This document shows, piece after piece, positions 39,397-53,367 of a stretch of DNA of 64,000 nucleotides (position 1 is its first letter; every line of letters starts with the position of its first letter). The DNA lies in contig JBPGPT010000002.1 in assembly GCA_051047955.1 (NCBI GenBank), positions 744,001 to 808,000 of the forward strand, read 5' to 3'. The position numbers were made by a program, and so were the translations under genes. Under the pieces are notes generated by a model. That model worked only from the letters and a program-made list of their open reading frames with translations, did not search any database and was not told the DNA's origin. The DNA comes from Cystobasidiomycetes sp. EMM_F5 (taxonomy: Eukaryota).

Positions 39397-41994
39397 ATGC
39401 CGCTAGATGTGACCGCGGAAGAGCCCTTCGATGCTGACCTTAGAGAAACGCTGCCCCATTTGGCTTGGGTGGCAGTTTGGAACCGCGATATCATCGTAGC
39501 AACCGGAAAGCGTGTCGAGAGCGATTCAAACAATGAGCAAGAGTCGAGCAAACAAGGAGACAGTCAAGAAAATAACCGCGACGAAGATGAAGCTGCGGGC
39601 ATTCTTTGCGCTTTGCCTGGACCGGCTTTCGGCTCGTTGCCTGTTGATAAAGAGGTGCTAGCACGCCGGATTGGTCTTGCTCAAGGGCTTCTAGACTTCA
39701 CAAGGTGTGATACGACAGAAATACATGGCAGGGAATCGTTATGCTAATGCCGGAAATGCAGGTCATTATCGCACAATGCGGGCGTGGGCGTTAATGTGGT
39801 ATACTCGCAGAATCAGAGACTAGTCTTCATTGAGCCCGAGGACCATTTCCTTTTCGTGGCTGTCAGTGTTTCTCGTAGTACTCAGCAGATTAATTCAGCT
39901 GAACCACCACCTAGGCATTTCGACACGATGCGATCCAGCCGGTCCATTCGACAGCTGCTCGCACTCGCTTGGCAAGTGCAGAATCCGCCAAGACAGCAAA
40001 TTCATCAGATTACGGGCATACTCCTTCTGCTCACAAACAAGCTGTGCCGACTTCCGATCTCATTGACGGACTATGGCGGATGTACTGGCAATTCAGAGTA
40101 AGGGGTGATATCGCTTTATACCAGCTATCAATCCTCATTGACAATCGATTGAAGCTACTCCATGGAGATTTGCTGACCTGTCTCACGCGCGACGGTGCTG
40201 TTGCACTCAAAAAGGCTCTCCGCTCTTTCGTTAGCGACCCACTTGGTCAAGCAAGCATTGGCACACCATCAGGTCAGGGTCAGGATACCGCTCACGTCGT
40301 CGTTCAGGATTGCTAAGCATCCTCAAATAATAGTCTTATTGCAGTCGCCTCTGGTTGCTTCTTTGAAAGTGCCTGTGATTGATACCCTTCGCCGTTACGG
40401 TCTGGACAGCGTGGCGATGATCCATCAATCTGGCATTCTCCAGCTTGATGATTCGAGTTATGCTCATTCCGACTCTCTAGCCGTTGCACAGTATCTGCAA
40501 GCGCTGTTACCCTCAAAGAGCATTGCTCCCGTAGAGAACGCAGAGGAGAAATATTCAGAACGCAAGGCTCGCTTAAAGCCCACTGCCAAAAGAAACGACG
40601 ATCATTCTCGCAAGACATCTGCGTCATGGAAGAACTTGGGTCTCGGCGGTATCGGCAATTATATCAGTATGCCCGCGATGCCGAATGTCAACATGACGAT
40701 ACCTGGTATAGGTATGGGTCACTCTGTAAAAAGCGAAGAGAAGAGTACTGCGCCAATTCCTCATGAAAGTTCAGCTGCTGCTCAAGATGGTGGAGCACTG
40801 GCTGACTCGCCGAGCAGTAATGCCAGTGCGACTCTTCGGCCACCACGCATACGAGAGACAAGCGCTGGCTGGATGCCGGCATTCAATCTGTTCAGTAAAC
40901 CAAAAGTAGCAGAGACGACAGTCTCGACGTTGGTAACGGCAACTCCGCCGAGTCATTACAAGGCTCACGAAACGGCAGCACCCCATCAGGTATACAATGA
41001 TGTCGCTGCCGAAGCAACCGCCTTTTCGACACGTAGCCGCCTTACAACTCCGGAGCCGCCAGAGCACAGCCTCGGGGTCGCGGAAAACTCGCCGAAAGAC
41101 CAGAATGTTATGTCTGACAGCATAAACGATGCGATGTGCAATCAGCAACCTGTGGTTTCTTCGTCAAGTGAAACACCCGCACCGTCTTTACCTAGGCTTG
41201 AAGCGATGTCGACACAACGATTGTTCCTAGGCAGTCCCGGCAGGTGGAACAAGGTGAAAATCTTCAGGGTTAGCCTGGTCTCATCGCATAGTTTTCCATG
41301 ACGCTAACATACATAGTGATATGTGCAGATGGAGACTTTGGCATGTGCTCTGAGTTGTGGAGACGACGTAGATGGCACTCGTGCGATACCGTCAGCCGCA
41401 CTCGTAGAAGCATGCCTGCGCGACATCATCCGTGATCTCAGTGTCGCAGAGACCACCCAGCCGCCGGCGGAAGCACATAAGAGCCCCATAATATATTGTC
41501 AGCCTCGATACGTCTCTGATACTGCACAATCCGAGAGGCCAAAGCTGGTCCAGGTCAATAATTCAGCCTCGTCGAGCACATCTCGGCACGCGGATCGTCT
41601 CGGGAGCGATCTCGCCGCTGTGGAGCAGCTGAGGGCGTTTTCTACTACGTAAGGTTACATATGGGCATCGAATGGTACGCAGAAGCTGATTTGTTGCGTG
41701 AAGAACCTACCAGGAATTGTTCCTTCGAACATCTGGGATGCAATGGCTGTCTGCTCGTCTGCGTAAAAAGCTACGTGAAGATGCAGGTAACAACGAAGAC
41801 GTCAGTGAGAACGGGTATAAATACAGTCAAGTGCTGGATATCAGGATGCTGCCCAAAAGTACTGGCAAAGAGGGAAGTCTTGTTGACGTCGACCGTAGGT
41901 CCTCTGCCTACAATGCTGAATAAACTTGAGCTCACTTCTTTACGGGTGTTTAGTCGAAGTATCTCGACAAGTTTCCGAGCAATTGCCTAGATGA
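39397..41994 (+). CDS. CCZ1: Ccz1-like longin-domain vacuolar fusion protein, multi-exon
   Basis: HLAWVAVWN...LARRIGLAQGLLDFTR...VYSQNQRLVFIEPEDHF, matching the Ccz1/Intu longin N-terminus. 3' end approximate. Confidence 0.7.
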
Positions 41995-42085
41995 TCAGAT
42001 AGTCTTGTGCTTTCCGGCGTTGTAACATTGTCTCCACTCTTCCAACCCAATGTCGCTACTGTAGAATGCCCTGGAATAAATCGCT

Positions 42086-42958
42086 ATGGTTGCACACGAC
42101 AGCAAGACACTGCCGGTCGTCTCGGTGCTATCGGGAGGCATCGCTGGCAGTATAGAAGCCTTTGCGACGTACCCTTTCGAAAACGTAAAGAGCCGCGTCC
42201 AGCTTCGTCAAGAGAAGGGTTTCGTCATACCTCGCAATCCATACAGACTCGTATACCAGATATACCAAACGGAAGGACTGCGTTCACTGTACAAGGGATG
42301 CCCACCTCTGGTCGTTGGCTCCTTCGCCAAAGACGCCGTACGCTTCCTGACCTTTGACAGCGTCAAGAATGCTTTCAAGGACCCGCATACCGGAACGCTT
42401 ACGCCAGCGAGAAATCTATTGGCTGGAATGTGTGCTGGCGTTATCGCAAGCATATTTGCCGTTACTCCAAGCGAGCGCATAAAGACTGCCCTCATCGATG
42501 ACGCCCGTGTCACGAAAAGGTTCACAGGCAGCTTGCATGCCATCCGCACCATATTTGCAGAGGACGGCTTCGTCGGCTTCTACAGAGGCTTCGCAGGGAC
42601 CACATTGAAGCAAGCTGGAGCGACCGCCTTCAGAATGGGCAGCTACAACATCCTAAAAGACTATCAGGCCAAACACAACATCAAGCAGAGTACGGTCATC
42701 AATTTCGCAAACGGAGCTCTTGCTGGCATCATAACCACTGTCATGACACAACCCTTCGACACAGTCAAGACTCGCTCGCAGTCTGCGACCCGCACAACCA
42801 CGATGGAAGCGATACGAAGCATCTATGAAGACAATGGAGTTCGGGCATTCTGGCGAGGCACAGTAATGAGATTGAGTAGGACGGTCTTATCTGGTGGAAT
42901 CCTCTTTACTGCAGCAGAGGCCGTCGGCGGAATACTAGACCCAATGTTCAGAAGATAA
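42086..42958 (+). CDS. Mitochondrial carrier, tricarboxylate (Ctp1-like) subfamily; intronless
   Basis: Three PX[DE]XX[KR] motifs (PFENVKSR, PSERIKT, PFDTVKTR), IEAFATYPFE, KDAVRF, MRLSR. Single 290-aa ORF. Confidence 0.92.
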   Translation: MVAHDSKTLPVVSVLSGGIAGSIEAFATYPFENVKSRVQLRQEKGFVIPRNPYRLVYQIYQTEGLRSLYKGCPPLVVGSFAKDAVRFLTFDSVKNAFKDPHTGTLTPARNLLAGMCAGVIASIFAVTPSERIKTALIDDARVTKRFTGSLHAIRTIFAEDGFVGFYRGFAGTTLKQAGATAFRMGSYNILKDYQAKHNIKQSTVINFANGALAGIITTVMTQPFDTVKTRSQSATRTTTMEAIRSIYEDNGVRAFWRGTVMRLSRTVLSGGILFTAAEAVGGILDPMFRR

Positions 42959-43123
42959 CCAACTTATCGGCACTGGGCCCCTGGTCAAAGGAAGACACAC
43001 GCATCGGGCATAAACTGACTGAGCCTCGCGTAATTTCGTTGTACCTCCACCACACCCCACACAAAGCGTCGCCCGTGCTTTGATAGCCCACCAAATTCGG
43101 TGACGAAAGTGTCAGACAAGACA

Positions 43124-45034
43124 ATGTCAGACAATGTGCCCAGACTGGGCTCGCTTGCACAGGTTGCCTTCTGACCTATCAAAGCTGAGGCCTGTGGGAA
43201 TTAACAACGTGCACGGCTGATGTCGGTAGCAGCATCTACTGACCACGTTGTCAAGCTGATGTCGCGCAGGCCTCAGCTTTGGTGGCCGGTGTGTTGCTGC
43301 CTTGCAGCATACCACGGGAAGCACTGACCTGTTTGCACAGCTAATGATGCAGCAGCTTGTTGAATCTACCTATGACAATACTCACGATTGTCACACGTTG
43401 TGCCAGATTTGCGGAGGTCATGCTACATATCCCGGGCAAAGGGAAGAAAGTACCGGCAAGCTGGTCTGACTTGGACGGCCGATGGGAGACCCAACCGGCT
43501 GGCTGGGCTGCTTGCTCGTAGGGTTCCGTCGTCGGCTGGCAAAGCGGAACGCACGAGGAATGGTCTACCGATGTCAATCAAGCAGCTGAATAGTGAAGAC
43601 AACCTCGAGGCTATCAGATCTGCGCTGGGCGAGCTCTTCATTTGCGGTGACGATGTAGGCGAGGCGTTCTTCCACGCATTTGCCATACATAAGGCGTCTG
43701 GGGGAAAGTCGCGTGAGCGGCCATGTCGCCGCACGGGTTGCAATCCATAACACAGCGGACGCAACAAGATCTAGCTGCTCAACGTCAAAGTTGGTGCTGG
43801 CAGAGTAGGCTGTGTGAGAGTCAGCCAATTCGGGTCGGAGAAGAGTATCAGCGAGTTGCATTTGGGATAATCTTGAAAGGTTCGGCTGCGTATCGCCGTA
43901 TCAGTTTGTCATGCCAGGGGCTGGGATCCTTGGATCGACAGAGCAGCGGATCAATTGCTCTGGGAGAGCGCGGCGGCTGCGGGGCGCAGAGTCATGTTAG
44001 CGGTCGGAAACGTGACGGTATAGCAAAATGAACTCAGATTCCGCAGCGACATCTGCGAATCGTTGGCTTCGTTCACTGGCCTGAGTTCACAAGAGGCCGC
44101 TGTAAGCGAGCATCTTTCCGCTTCGAGCCGATGCTAACGGACGAACCTGCAGGTCAAGGTAGCTTCATGGACGGGCAATGTCCACCTTGCCCAAGTAACT
44201 TGTCTTGATGGAGTGCTTGCCATCGAAAATGCTCGGGAGGTTCTTACGGATCAGGTTTTGGACGGTCTCAGCGCTGCTCACCATCGAAGAGTGGCACGGA
44301 GCCAGCTACAAACAACATCGAATATGGCCATGGACAGCGAAATTGTCCGACGCGAAGCGGGGTGAAGAGAGGCACGGCTTTCTCTGGAAACAAACTCGTC
44401 GCTCATATCGATGCGAGGGCCAAAAGACGCAAACTAGATGGTTTCAAAGAAAGTCTGCAAAGTGAGCGGGGGTGTAGTAGCATAGTCAATACTACTCACA
44501 AGCTGGCATCAGCTGTTTACGATGACCGAGCTGGAGGCCTGGTGCAATGGTAGTCCCATCCACATCACCACAATGTCTGCAAGCCCTTCGCAAAAGAAGC
44601 GTGAGTCATTGATCACACAGTGTTAGATATGCTACATTAATGACTATCCCCCTGCAGAATGTCTTGCCGAGTGGATGATCCACCCGGACAACAAGTTAAG
44701 ACTTGTGAGGCCGCTCGAGCCAGAAGTGACAAAGCGATGGGAGGCCAAGGTCGCAGAAGACCTAGCCAGAAAGCAAAAGAAGGATGAAGAGACAGAAAAA
44801 GTAAAAGCGGAGAAGGCGGAGAAAAAGCGCAAGGCCAGAGAAGAGGCCAAAGCGGGAGGCACTCAGTCTACAATCGATGGACATCAGCCAGCTCCGAAAG
44901 TCAGTGATTAGCTGACAGAGTTAGCGCGTGCTGATGATCTTTCCGCCTCAGGATCTCCAGCTGTCCAAGCGTGTCAACAAGTCCGTCAAGCCCGTCAAGC
45001 CGGCTACAGCGAATAGTATTCGCGCTCAAGCGTA
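43124..45034 (+). CDS. Hypothetical multi-exon protein with Lys/Glu-rich C-terminus; boundaries uncertain, may be more than one gene
   Basis: Repeated GT..CTGAC..AG patterns. Coding-like 3' segment ECLAEWMIHPDNKL...AEKKRKAREEAKA. Confidence 0.35.
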
Positions 45035-45231
45035 GAGGCACTTGTCTCCGCTCGGCAGGTCTGCGCAGCTTTCCGTTATGAGCGGAGAGTGAGCAGCAGA
45101 ATTATCAGTCGAGGCATTCTCCTGATACCTAAAGCATTAGACGAAATGTCTTGTAAGATAGTTTAAACATTTCTTGTGGTTGTAGGTGGCGGTTGCCCTT
45201 GCAATGACCCAATCCATGCACAACCCTGATA

Positions 45232-48026
45232 ATGGCGGAAGGTAGCAGCAGTTCGTCCAAGCAGGCCAGCAGAGCGAGAGATAAGGGAAAGGGCAAAGCA
45301 GTGCACGGCAGAGGAGCGCAGGCTCGTCATGTCCGGCGTGAAGGGTATGAAGCTGAGCTGCGACGGCTGGAAGCTGATTTGACGAGATTGGTGAGCTAGC
45401 ATTGAAGAGCGACATGGGATCATACATCCGGCCAAGCTCTGTACTTTCAATGGCACACACGCTGACGCTTACACGTCCAGGACTCGCAAACGTCAACACC
45501 GTATACCAAATTTTCAGACCTACCCCTCTCTTCGGCAACGCTGCAAGGACTGCAGTCCAGCTACTTTACAAACCTCACGCCAGTACAGGCCCGCTCACTG
45601 CCTCATGCGCTGAAAGGCCAGGATGTTCTGGCTTCAGCGAGGACGGGGTCAGGCAAGACTTTGGCATTCTTGGTTCCGTTGCTCGAAAAGCTCCATCGTG
45701 CCAAATGGGGGCCGAACGACGGGTTGGGAGCGTTGGTCATATCGCCCACTCGCGAGCTTGCGGTGCAGATATTCGAAGTACTGCGCAAGATCGGAGCACA
45801 TCATTCATTTTCGGCTGGTCTGGTCATTGGTGGCAAGAATCTGCGAGACGAGCAGGTATGCTATACTCGAGACGTGTGAATATGGGACTTTGGCGAATGC
45901 TAATGAGCACTCCTTCTCTGCAGGAACGGCTGTCTCGCATGAATATCCTGATCAGTACGCCTGGGCGGCTTTTACAGCACATGGATCAAACTATCGCTTT
46001 CGACACAAGCAATGTGCAGATGCTCGTTCTGGACGAAGCAGACCGGTGTCTAGACTTGGGTTTCGCAAAGACCCTAGACGCTATTGTTGCAAATCTGCCA
46101 CCTACTGGACCGGGTGGAAGACAGACATTACTGTTCAGCGCAACTCAGAGCGGTTCTATCGCTTCATTGGCTCGACTTAGCTTGAGAGATCCTGTCTACG
46201 TCAGTGTTAGAGACAAGGAAGCGGGGTCCGAAGTCACAGATGGAGAGGCGTCAACGAGCCAGAGGAGAATAGGTGATTTGGAAACGCCCAAAGGACTAGA
46301 ACAACACTACATGGTAGTCGATCTCGACCGGAAATTGGATATTCTCTGGGGCTTCATCAAATCACATCTCGCCTGCAAGACGCTTGTGTTTATGAGTTCA
46401 TGCAAGCAAGTCCGCTTTGTATACGAGACATTTCGACATCTTCGACCGGGCACGTCTCTGTTGCACATTCACGGCAAGCAGAAGCAGACCAAGCGGCTAG
46501 ACATCTTCCAAAAATTTACCTCGACATCGCACGCTGTCCTTTTCGCTACAGATATCGCTGCCCGTGGGCTAGACTTTCCATCGGTCAACTGGGTGGTCCA
46601 GCTGGATTGTCCGGAAGATGTTGATACCTATGTCCATCGGGTCGGTCGCACAGCACGATACAATAGTAAAGGGAAATCACTGCTCTTCCTGCTACCGAGC
46701 GAACAGGATGGGTTTTTACAGAGGTTGAAAGACAAGAAGCTAGATGAGCTTGTACGACCAATCAAGATCAATCCCAGCAAATCGAGCGTGTCTATCCAAA
46801 AGCAGTTTCAGAGTCTGGCATTCAGGTTCCCGGAAATCAAATTCCTGGCGCAGAGAGCATTCATCTCGTATACGCGATCTGTGCATCTGCAAAAGGACAA
46901 AAAGACATTCAAGTTGGATCAGCTCCCGCTAGACAAGTTTGCTGCAGCTCTCGGATTGCCAGGCGCCCCCAAGATCAAATTTGTCAGCAAACAACAAGCA
47001 GCGGCCAAGAAGAATAAGGAGCGTGATGTCGAGAAGTTGAAAGCCACGCTACGGCAAGACTCTGCCTCTCAGAGTGAAGAATCTGATGGACCTGACGACA
47101 AATATCCAAACGACGATAGCGTGGACGAAGTCGACGAGATAGAGTCAATAGACAGCAATGACGAAGCGGCAGAGACAGAGACTCGACAGCTGGATGGAGC
47201 ACCTACGGAAGACCCTTCAGCTGTTTCTATCAACAAGCCTTTAAAAACTACGAAATACGATAAAATGTATAGGCGGCAGAACCAGGGAGTACTATCTGAG
47301 CACTACAACAAAGTCGTCGAGCATGACGAGGAAGCAAATGGATCGTCACTGCTTCTCGGAGCAGACGATGATCAGGAAGACTTTATTACCCTGGCTCGGC
47401 GACAGCACGATCTTCCCTTAGATCACGATGACAGTCAAAGTATGCACAATGGGATGTCGACCGCTATTGGTGGTGATGAGGAGACTGGCATGGAAGACTT
47501 GTCCAAGCGCCGGCTCAAGATGGGCATGACTAAAAAAGGACTTGTCAAATTGCGCGGCAAAGGGGAGAAACTCATCTTTGATGAAGAAGGACAATCGCAT
47601 GCTCTGTACGAGATGACGAGGGAAGACGCAATCGAGGATGTTGAAGCTGAGAGGCGGCAGTTTCTCGAGAATGAAGGCCAGAGAATGCGCTCTATCGATG
47701 TCGCAGACAAGGCTGCGCAGAAGGAAGCACGACGCGACAAGAAGCGTAAGCGCAAGGAACGCGAGCGCGAAGTGGACGGACGAGATGAGGGTGCTGCTCG
47801 TATTGCTGTGCTAGGTGGGGACAGTGGCGGAGAAGACGACAGCGCAGGACGCGAAGACCAGACGCATCAAGACGATACTGAAGAAGTAGACCACGAGCAT
47901 GATTCAAGAAGGAGAAGCAGCCTGAACTTACATGACGTGGAAACTGCGGAACGCGACGAGGAAGACGCGGAGATTGACCTGGAAGCGCTGGCCCTACAGG
48001 CTCTCCGGAAGAAGGTACGGCGGTGA
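45232..48026 (+). CDS. DBP4: DEAD-box RNA helicase Dbp4/DDX10, multi-exon
   Basis: [75 protein letters not shown]. Confidence 0.95.
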
Positions 48027-48338
48027 GACTTGTGTTGCTTGTTGTTGTCAGTACTGCTGTTGATGTGCGAGAATGTTACACCTTGTCTGTTTGTTTGCTT
48101 CAAACGTGCTTGCTGCATTGCCATTTGCCCCTATTTACACCGCGGCCCCAGGAACAGGGCCAGACTCGCTCTGGCGATTTGCAAACGAGGGAGCATTTTT
48201 CGCACGACCGACGACGGCAAAGACGATAACGATATTGCACTCGAGTAGCAGCATATCGGGACATCAGCTGGGACATATCGCAGCTTCCGACAGCAGTCGC
48301 GACCAGGCCAGCCAGCTATCCCGCCAAGTCCGCCGACA

Positions 48339-49963
48339 ATGGCACGACTGGATCCGGCGCATATCGACTTCTCGCTGCTCGCCGGGGCAGAGTCGCTGAG
48401 ACCAGGTGCTCCAAGGAGGATATCGTCCACAGGCTCACTGTCAGACAGCGCTTCTGCAACGTCCGCGTCCAGGTCGGCCGACCTCAGCGCCCAGTCTTCG
48501 TCCGGGAGCGACGATGAAGAGCCAACTTTACAGATTGGGCAGCTGAGAGCGTTGGAGAGCTTCAGGCAGCCTCAGAAGGTCACTCAGGTGCGTATTTGTG
48601 CATACTCGTCATGACGCAACAGACTGACCTCTCGCATATTTACGCGACTACGTTCTGCCGACGCATGTACAGGACGCGAACGACTGGCTGTGGATGCACG
48701 ATGAGGAACCACATCGTTCTAGACGTAAAGCGATACTCCGCGCTCATCCGGAGGTCAGCTCAATCCTGCGGGTGTCTACTTGGCAAAGGGTACCCAATGC
48801 TGAACTCCGCTCCGCCTTCCGTCTTGCTGCAGGTAACAAAATTCATGGGTTACGAGCCATTGACAAAATATATCGTCGCGCTGGTCGTGACAATTCAGTT
48901 CACTGCGGCTTTCCTACTACGCAATACATCTCCGCTAAGCTGGAAATTTATGCTCGTCGCATACGCTGTCGGAGGCACAGCAAATCAAAACCTCTTTCTG
49001 GCAGTCAGTCTGCCCGCCATATGTATCCTGCATACTCTCTGACTGTCTACCCATGTCTTCTATACAGATTCACGAAATAACGCACAATCTGGCATTCAAG
49101 GGAATCAAAGCCAATCGCATATTTGCCATGTTTGCAAACCTGCCCATTGGCATTCCGTATGCAATGATGTTCAAGAAGTATCATATGGAGTGAGCTATGG
49201 TATCTTGGCGACAAAGTTCTCGAGCTGAACGTTACTCAGACACCACCGCGCGCTTGGAGTAGACGGCGTCGATACGGATCTTCCTACTCGAATCGAATTG
49301 CTGTGCTTGAAGAACGTGGCAGGCAAAGCCTTCTTCTGGTGTGTTGCTAGAAACATTATTTGTGCAGTCTCCAGCTGACTTTGACCCCGATTGGCGCGCA
49401 GTACCTTCCAAATCCTGTTCTATGCCTTACGACCAGGCTTTGTCCGGTCGCAAAAGCTTACACGGTGGCACTTTTTCAATCTCGTATGCCAATTTGGCTT
49501 CGATTTCTTGGTATACCGTCTGGCCAAGATGGCCGGCGTCGAATCACCTTCATACATCATCTGGTACTTTATCATGTCTTCGTTCTTTGCTGGGTCCCTC
49601 CACCCTTGTGCAGGTCACTTTATAGCAGAGCACTACCTCTTCGATCAATGGGATCAGGAGACATGGTCTTACTATGGTTGCCTAAATTACTTGACCTACA
49701 ACGTCGGCTACCACAACGAGCATCACGATTTCCCATCCATTCCATGGACCAGACTGCCGAAACTGCACGCCGTGGCCAACGAGTACTATCGCGATCTTCC
49801 GCAACACACCTCTTGGGTGCTCGTGACGTATCGCTTCATCTTTGAAAGCGATGTCGGCCTATTCAGCCGAGTTCGAAGACTGCCGCCAAAAGGAAAAGCC
49901 GAACTAGAGCGTGTCAAGGGTGGAGGTGGCATGGGTCATCTCGGCGGCTTAAAAGATGATTAA
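48339..49963 (+). CDS. DES1: Sphingolipid delta-4 desaturase, multi-exon
   Basis: [21 protein letters not shown], His boxes HEITHN, YHMEHH and YHNEHHDFP, plus [11 protein letters not shown]. Confidence 0.95.
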
Positions 49964-50212
49964 AGCAGTAGACGAACAGAAGTTTCATGGTAGATCAGTT
50001 ATCATTGTCATCATGTACCATAAACGTGCAATACGCGCATCGCATTCGGACTATGCAAATTCATGCTTCGCAGAGGCCGCTATTACCGAAGAAGCTTTGG
50101 AGTCCGTATGCACGTAGTATTCATTCTACTGACATCTAAAGCTACATATTGTATATCGTCTCCTTTCCCAGATACACTGAGTCCAACACAAAGAATTGAC
50201 TGACGACGACGT

Positions 50213-53200
50213 TCAACGTAATTTCGAGACTTGAGGAATCCTTGCCGGCACAGGTTGCCTTGGTGTGTCGTCTATGGGTTGTGATTGTCTGAATGGCGAA
50301 GTTTGAAGATCCGCCTGCTGCCGAGAGCGCGCGGGTGAGGCCCGACCAGCTTCTAAGTCTTCGTCACCAGCATGACCACCATCCGTCTCGCCATCTTCGT
50401 CGTCTGATGAACCCGACCAACTATCGTAAGACTCGTCCGTGTATTGCGTTTCAGTCTGGTCCTGCCCTCTTGACATTCTTATATCCTCCCTTGACGACCT
50501 ATCGATAGTCGCCAAGCTTTCACTGTATATATTTGCAGTCTTGCCAAAGTCGATACCCGTTTCGACTCCGGGAGTAACGACATTCGAGCCAGTCAGCCCA
50601 GCAGTCGGTTTCCCGTCGTGCGGTGTCTGTTTGTTTGTAGGATGCGTATTGTTGGATTTCGGCAAATCCACTTCACGACCAATGGTGTATACCGTGATGC
50701 TCTTGATTGGCCCAGCATAGTGTGCGTTTCCGTAGAGCATCCAGGTTAGAGCCGAAGCCAGAGCAACGAAGACAAGCACAACGGCCGCATACGAGAAGGA
50801 GGCTAATACCATCAGGAAGAGCATCAGTACATTTTCGGCGGAATGCTCTGTGTTACAGACTCACTGGCGGTGACCGGCCAGTCATTCGGACATGACATAA
50901 ATATAATAATAAGCGAGACGTAGGCCGTGCCAACCCATGCCGCTGGCTTGCTCCAGTTTCGCAACGTCCACTCGTTCCGTCCATCCACATCTAGGGCACC
51001 CTTCTCGCATGTAAGGTAGCAGACGACCGGTATGGAGTATGCAAGGATGATGGAGGCTCCGCAACCTTGCAGCATCAGGCTTGTAGCTATAGCCCGATCC
51101 GTTGCAATCAGCATGAGACTGAGGCAGACTACGAGACAGACTGAGTAAGTAGCCCGAACCGGTAAACGAGAAATACTCAGGTGTCGGAAGAAGTGTGAGA
51201 ATGGAAGAGCGGAGTCTCGTGCCAGTGCCCAGATAAAGCGAGTGCTTGCCAGAAGCTGGGCTGTATCCTGCGCCTTCATCAGCAGTACGATAAGCAAGAG
51301 AATGATGAATGCGAGAGGTTGTGGCACAAGCGTGCTCAGCAGTAGAGCGGGAGCGCCATATGCGTGCGCTTTGGGCGGAGCATCATTCACGACCTCCGGA
51401 AATACTGCCATAATTGCGAGCATAACTGCCCATCCGACAAGGTAAGCGCATGCTGTACTCCAGAAAATTGCTTTTGGGACAGTCCGGGTCGGGTATTTGG
51501 CTTCCTCCGCCAAGTGCGCGGCTACATCCTGGCCAGTGGCGATACTCGTGAGCATCCATCCGAGCATGTAAACGAAACCCTTCGAAGTAAATCCAGTCAT
51601 GTTGACGTATGAGCCAAATATCACGGATGCAGGACTGCGGGCGTAACAAGGGAGATAAGCGCAATTCAGGCAGATCAGATTAGTAGCTGCTCACTTTCGG
51701 TAGCTGTTGCAGGCCAGCACAGAGGCTATAATTATGACGGCAGTAGCGCCAAAAAGAACAGCTGTGGAAGAGGTAGGTCTTTGTCAAAGTTGCTCACCTA
51801 GAGCTCCCTAGGCAATATCACTCACAGACCGATTTCCAGAGATAAGGCGAGCGTCCCGCTGTCGATGCTGCGAGAACTGCGGTCGCGAGAGCGCCGGCCC
51901 ACGCTATGAATATTGTCTTCCAAGTGGTGGGCGTATAGTCCGCATACATAATTACGAGGCCTTGCAAGGTGATGGCAAATTGCCACTCGACCAGCATCTA
52001 AAGTTGGGACACGCTTTCAGATCATACAGAAACCCGTGCTTGGGAAGGATTGCGACCCACCTGTGCCAGTATATGACCACATAAAAGGAAGCTTCCAGTG
52101 AACCACGAGAGGAACCTCGCTAGAGGCCGCAATGAGGGGGATAATCGGCACAATCTAAAGGTCCACGTATACCTGGGATCCAAGCCTGTTAGGCCAGAAG
52201 TTGCGACGAGTTTATACATACACCCACATTGCTCCAGCTACTGGGTAGCTCGATGCAAATTCCGCCATGATGGCAGAGAATATGCACATGAAGAGCCCGG
52301 AGATTGGCCAACCGATAGCTAAGACTGCATATCCGCCATACTCCTTAGCCGTGAACACCCCAAAGAGAGCGCCTGCATATATATTGTCAGCAAAGGGTGT
52401 GCACAGTGAAAGAAAGATGCTTACCTTGCAAAGGCCCGATATTGGCCAGACCCAAAGATGTAAGAGCCCAGAGGTCGTACACTCTCCGCAAGACGCCTTC
52501 GTTTCCCTTGCCGTTGCCATAGCTTAGCACATGCTCCGTTGGCGCAGCAGTGGGTGAGGGAAGAGCGGAAGCGTTCGAGATGTCGCTCTTTACTGGCAGC
52601 ATACCTGCATGTATCACTATACTCTCTACGGCTGCTTCTTCATCCTTGACATCTTTTCGGTCATCATGATGCTTCTTGGCGTTTTTGCTCGTCCGAGCAG
52701 TACCCGCAGCGGTGGCGACAGTGGATGATATGGTGGTAACGGGATTGGAGAAGAGTAGACGACGGCGTTTGGCGGGTGCAGCCCTGACAGGATTGAGACT
52801 TGGATGCTTCCTGGGTGGAAAGAGCTGTCGGGATGGACTGCCAGCCTCTTTGGATGCATCACCCGATTCGAAAGCTACAACGACCAGGCTGTCTTGCTCT
52901 GTCGGGGTCGCTAGGGGAGTTGTGAGTCCCGAAGACGGTGTTCCAGATGATGAGGAAGGTGCCAAAGGTGGCATTCGCGGGCCAGCCTCGAGCAAGTCGC
53001 TGCTCCTCCTAGGGTGCTGTTCGGGTAGATGTCGCCCCAACGACGAGGGTGTCGAGCTCGCTGCCGACGTTGACCGCAGCCTGGTCAGAGGAGTCTGGCT
53101 ATTGGCGTAGCTAATGTCGCCCGCTGTAGTATTGCTGTTTGCTGTCGCTTCCATTCGAGCTTCACAGATCGTATCACGCCGAGACGGCATTGACAGGCGG

Positions 53201-53367
53201 TTCGACGAAGATGGACCGGATAGCCGTTGCGGGCTAAGCCCTTCGCCGTGTCCAGTATCCATCGCTCCAGGTGCCCCCACGCTTTCCATTGGCAGCGCTT
53301 CTCCAGCAACAGCTTGCGCACCTTCTCGCCGATGCCTTTCCCGCCGTAACCGTTTCCACAGGTCCAT
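50213..53367 (-). CDS. APC-superfamily amino acid/GABA-type permease with long disordered N-terminus, multi-exon; start uncertain
   Basis: AEFASSYPVAGAM, AAHLAEEAKYPTRTVPKAI, STRFIWALARDSALPFS, multiple transmembrane segments. Confidence 0.88.

Noticed and set aside
21277..42958. Organic-acid gene cluster (citrate synthase, lactonase, tricarboxylate carrier)
   Set aside because: The genes are separated by many unrelated housekeeping genes.
45402..45922. N-terminal part of the 874-aa ORF
   Set aside because: Frame artefact; the real Dbp4 N-terminus comes from spliced exons in other frames starting at 45232.
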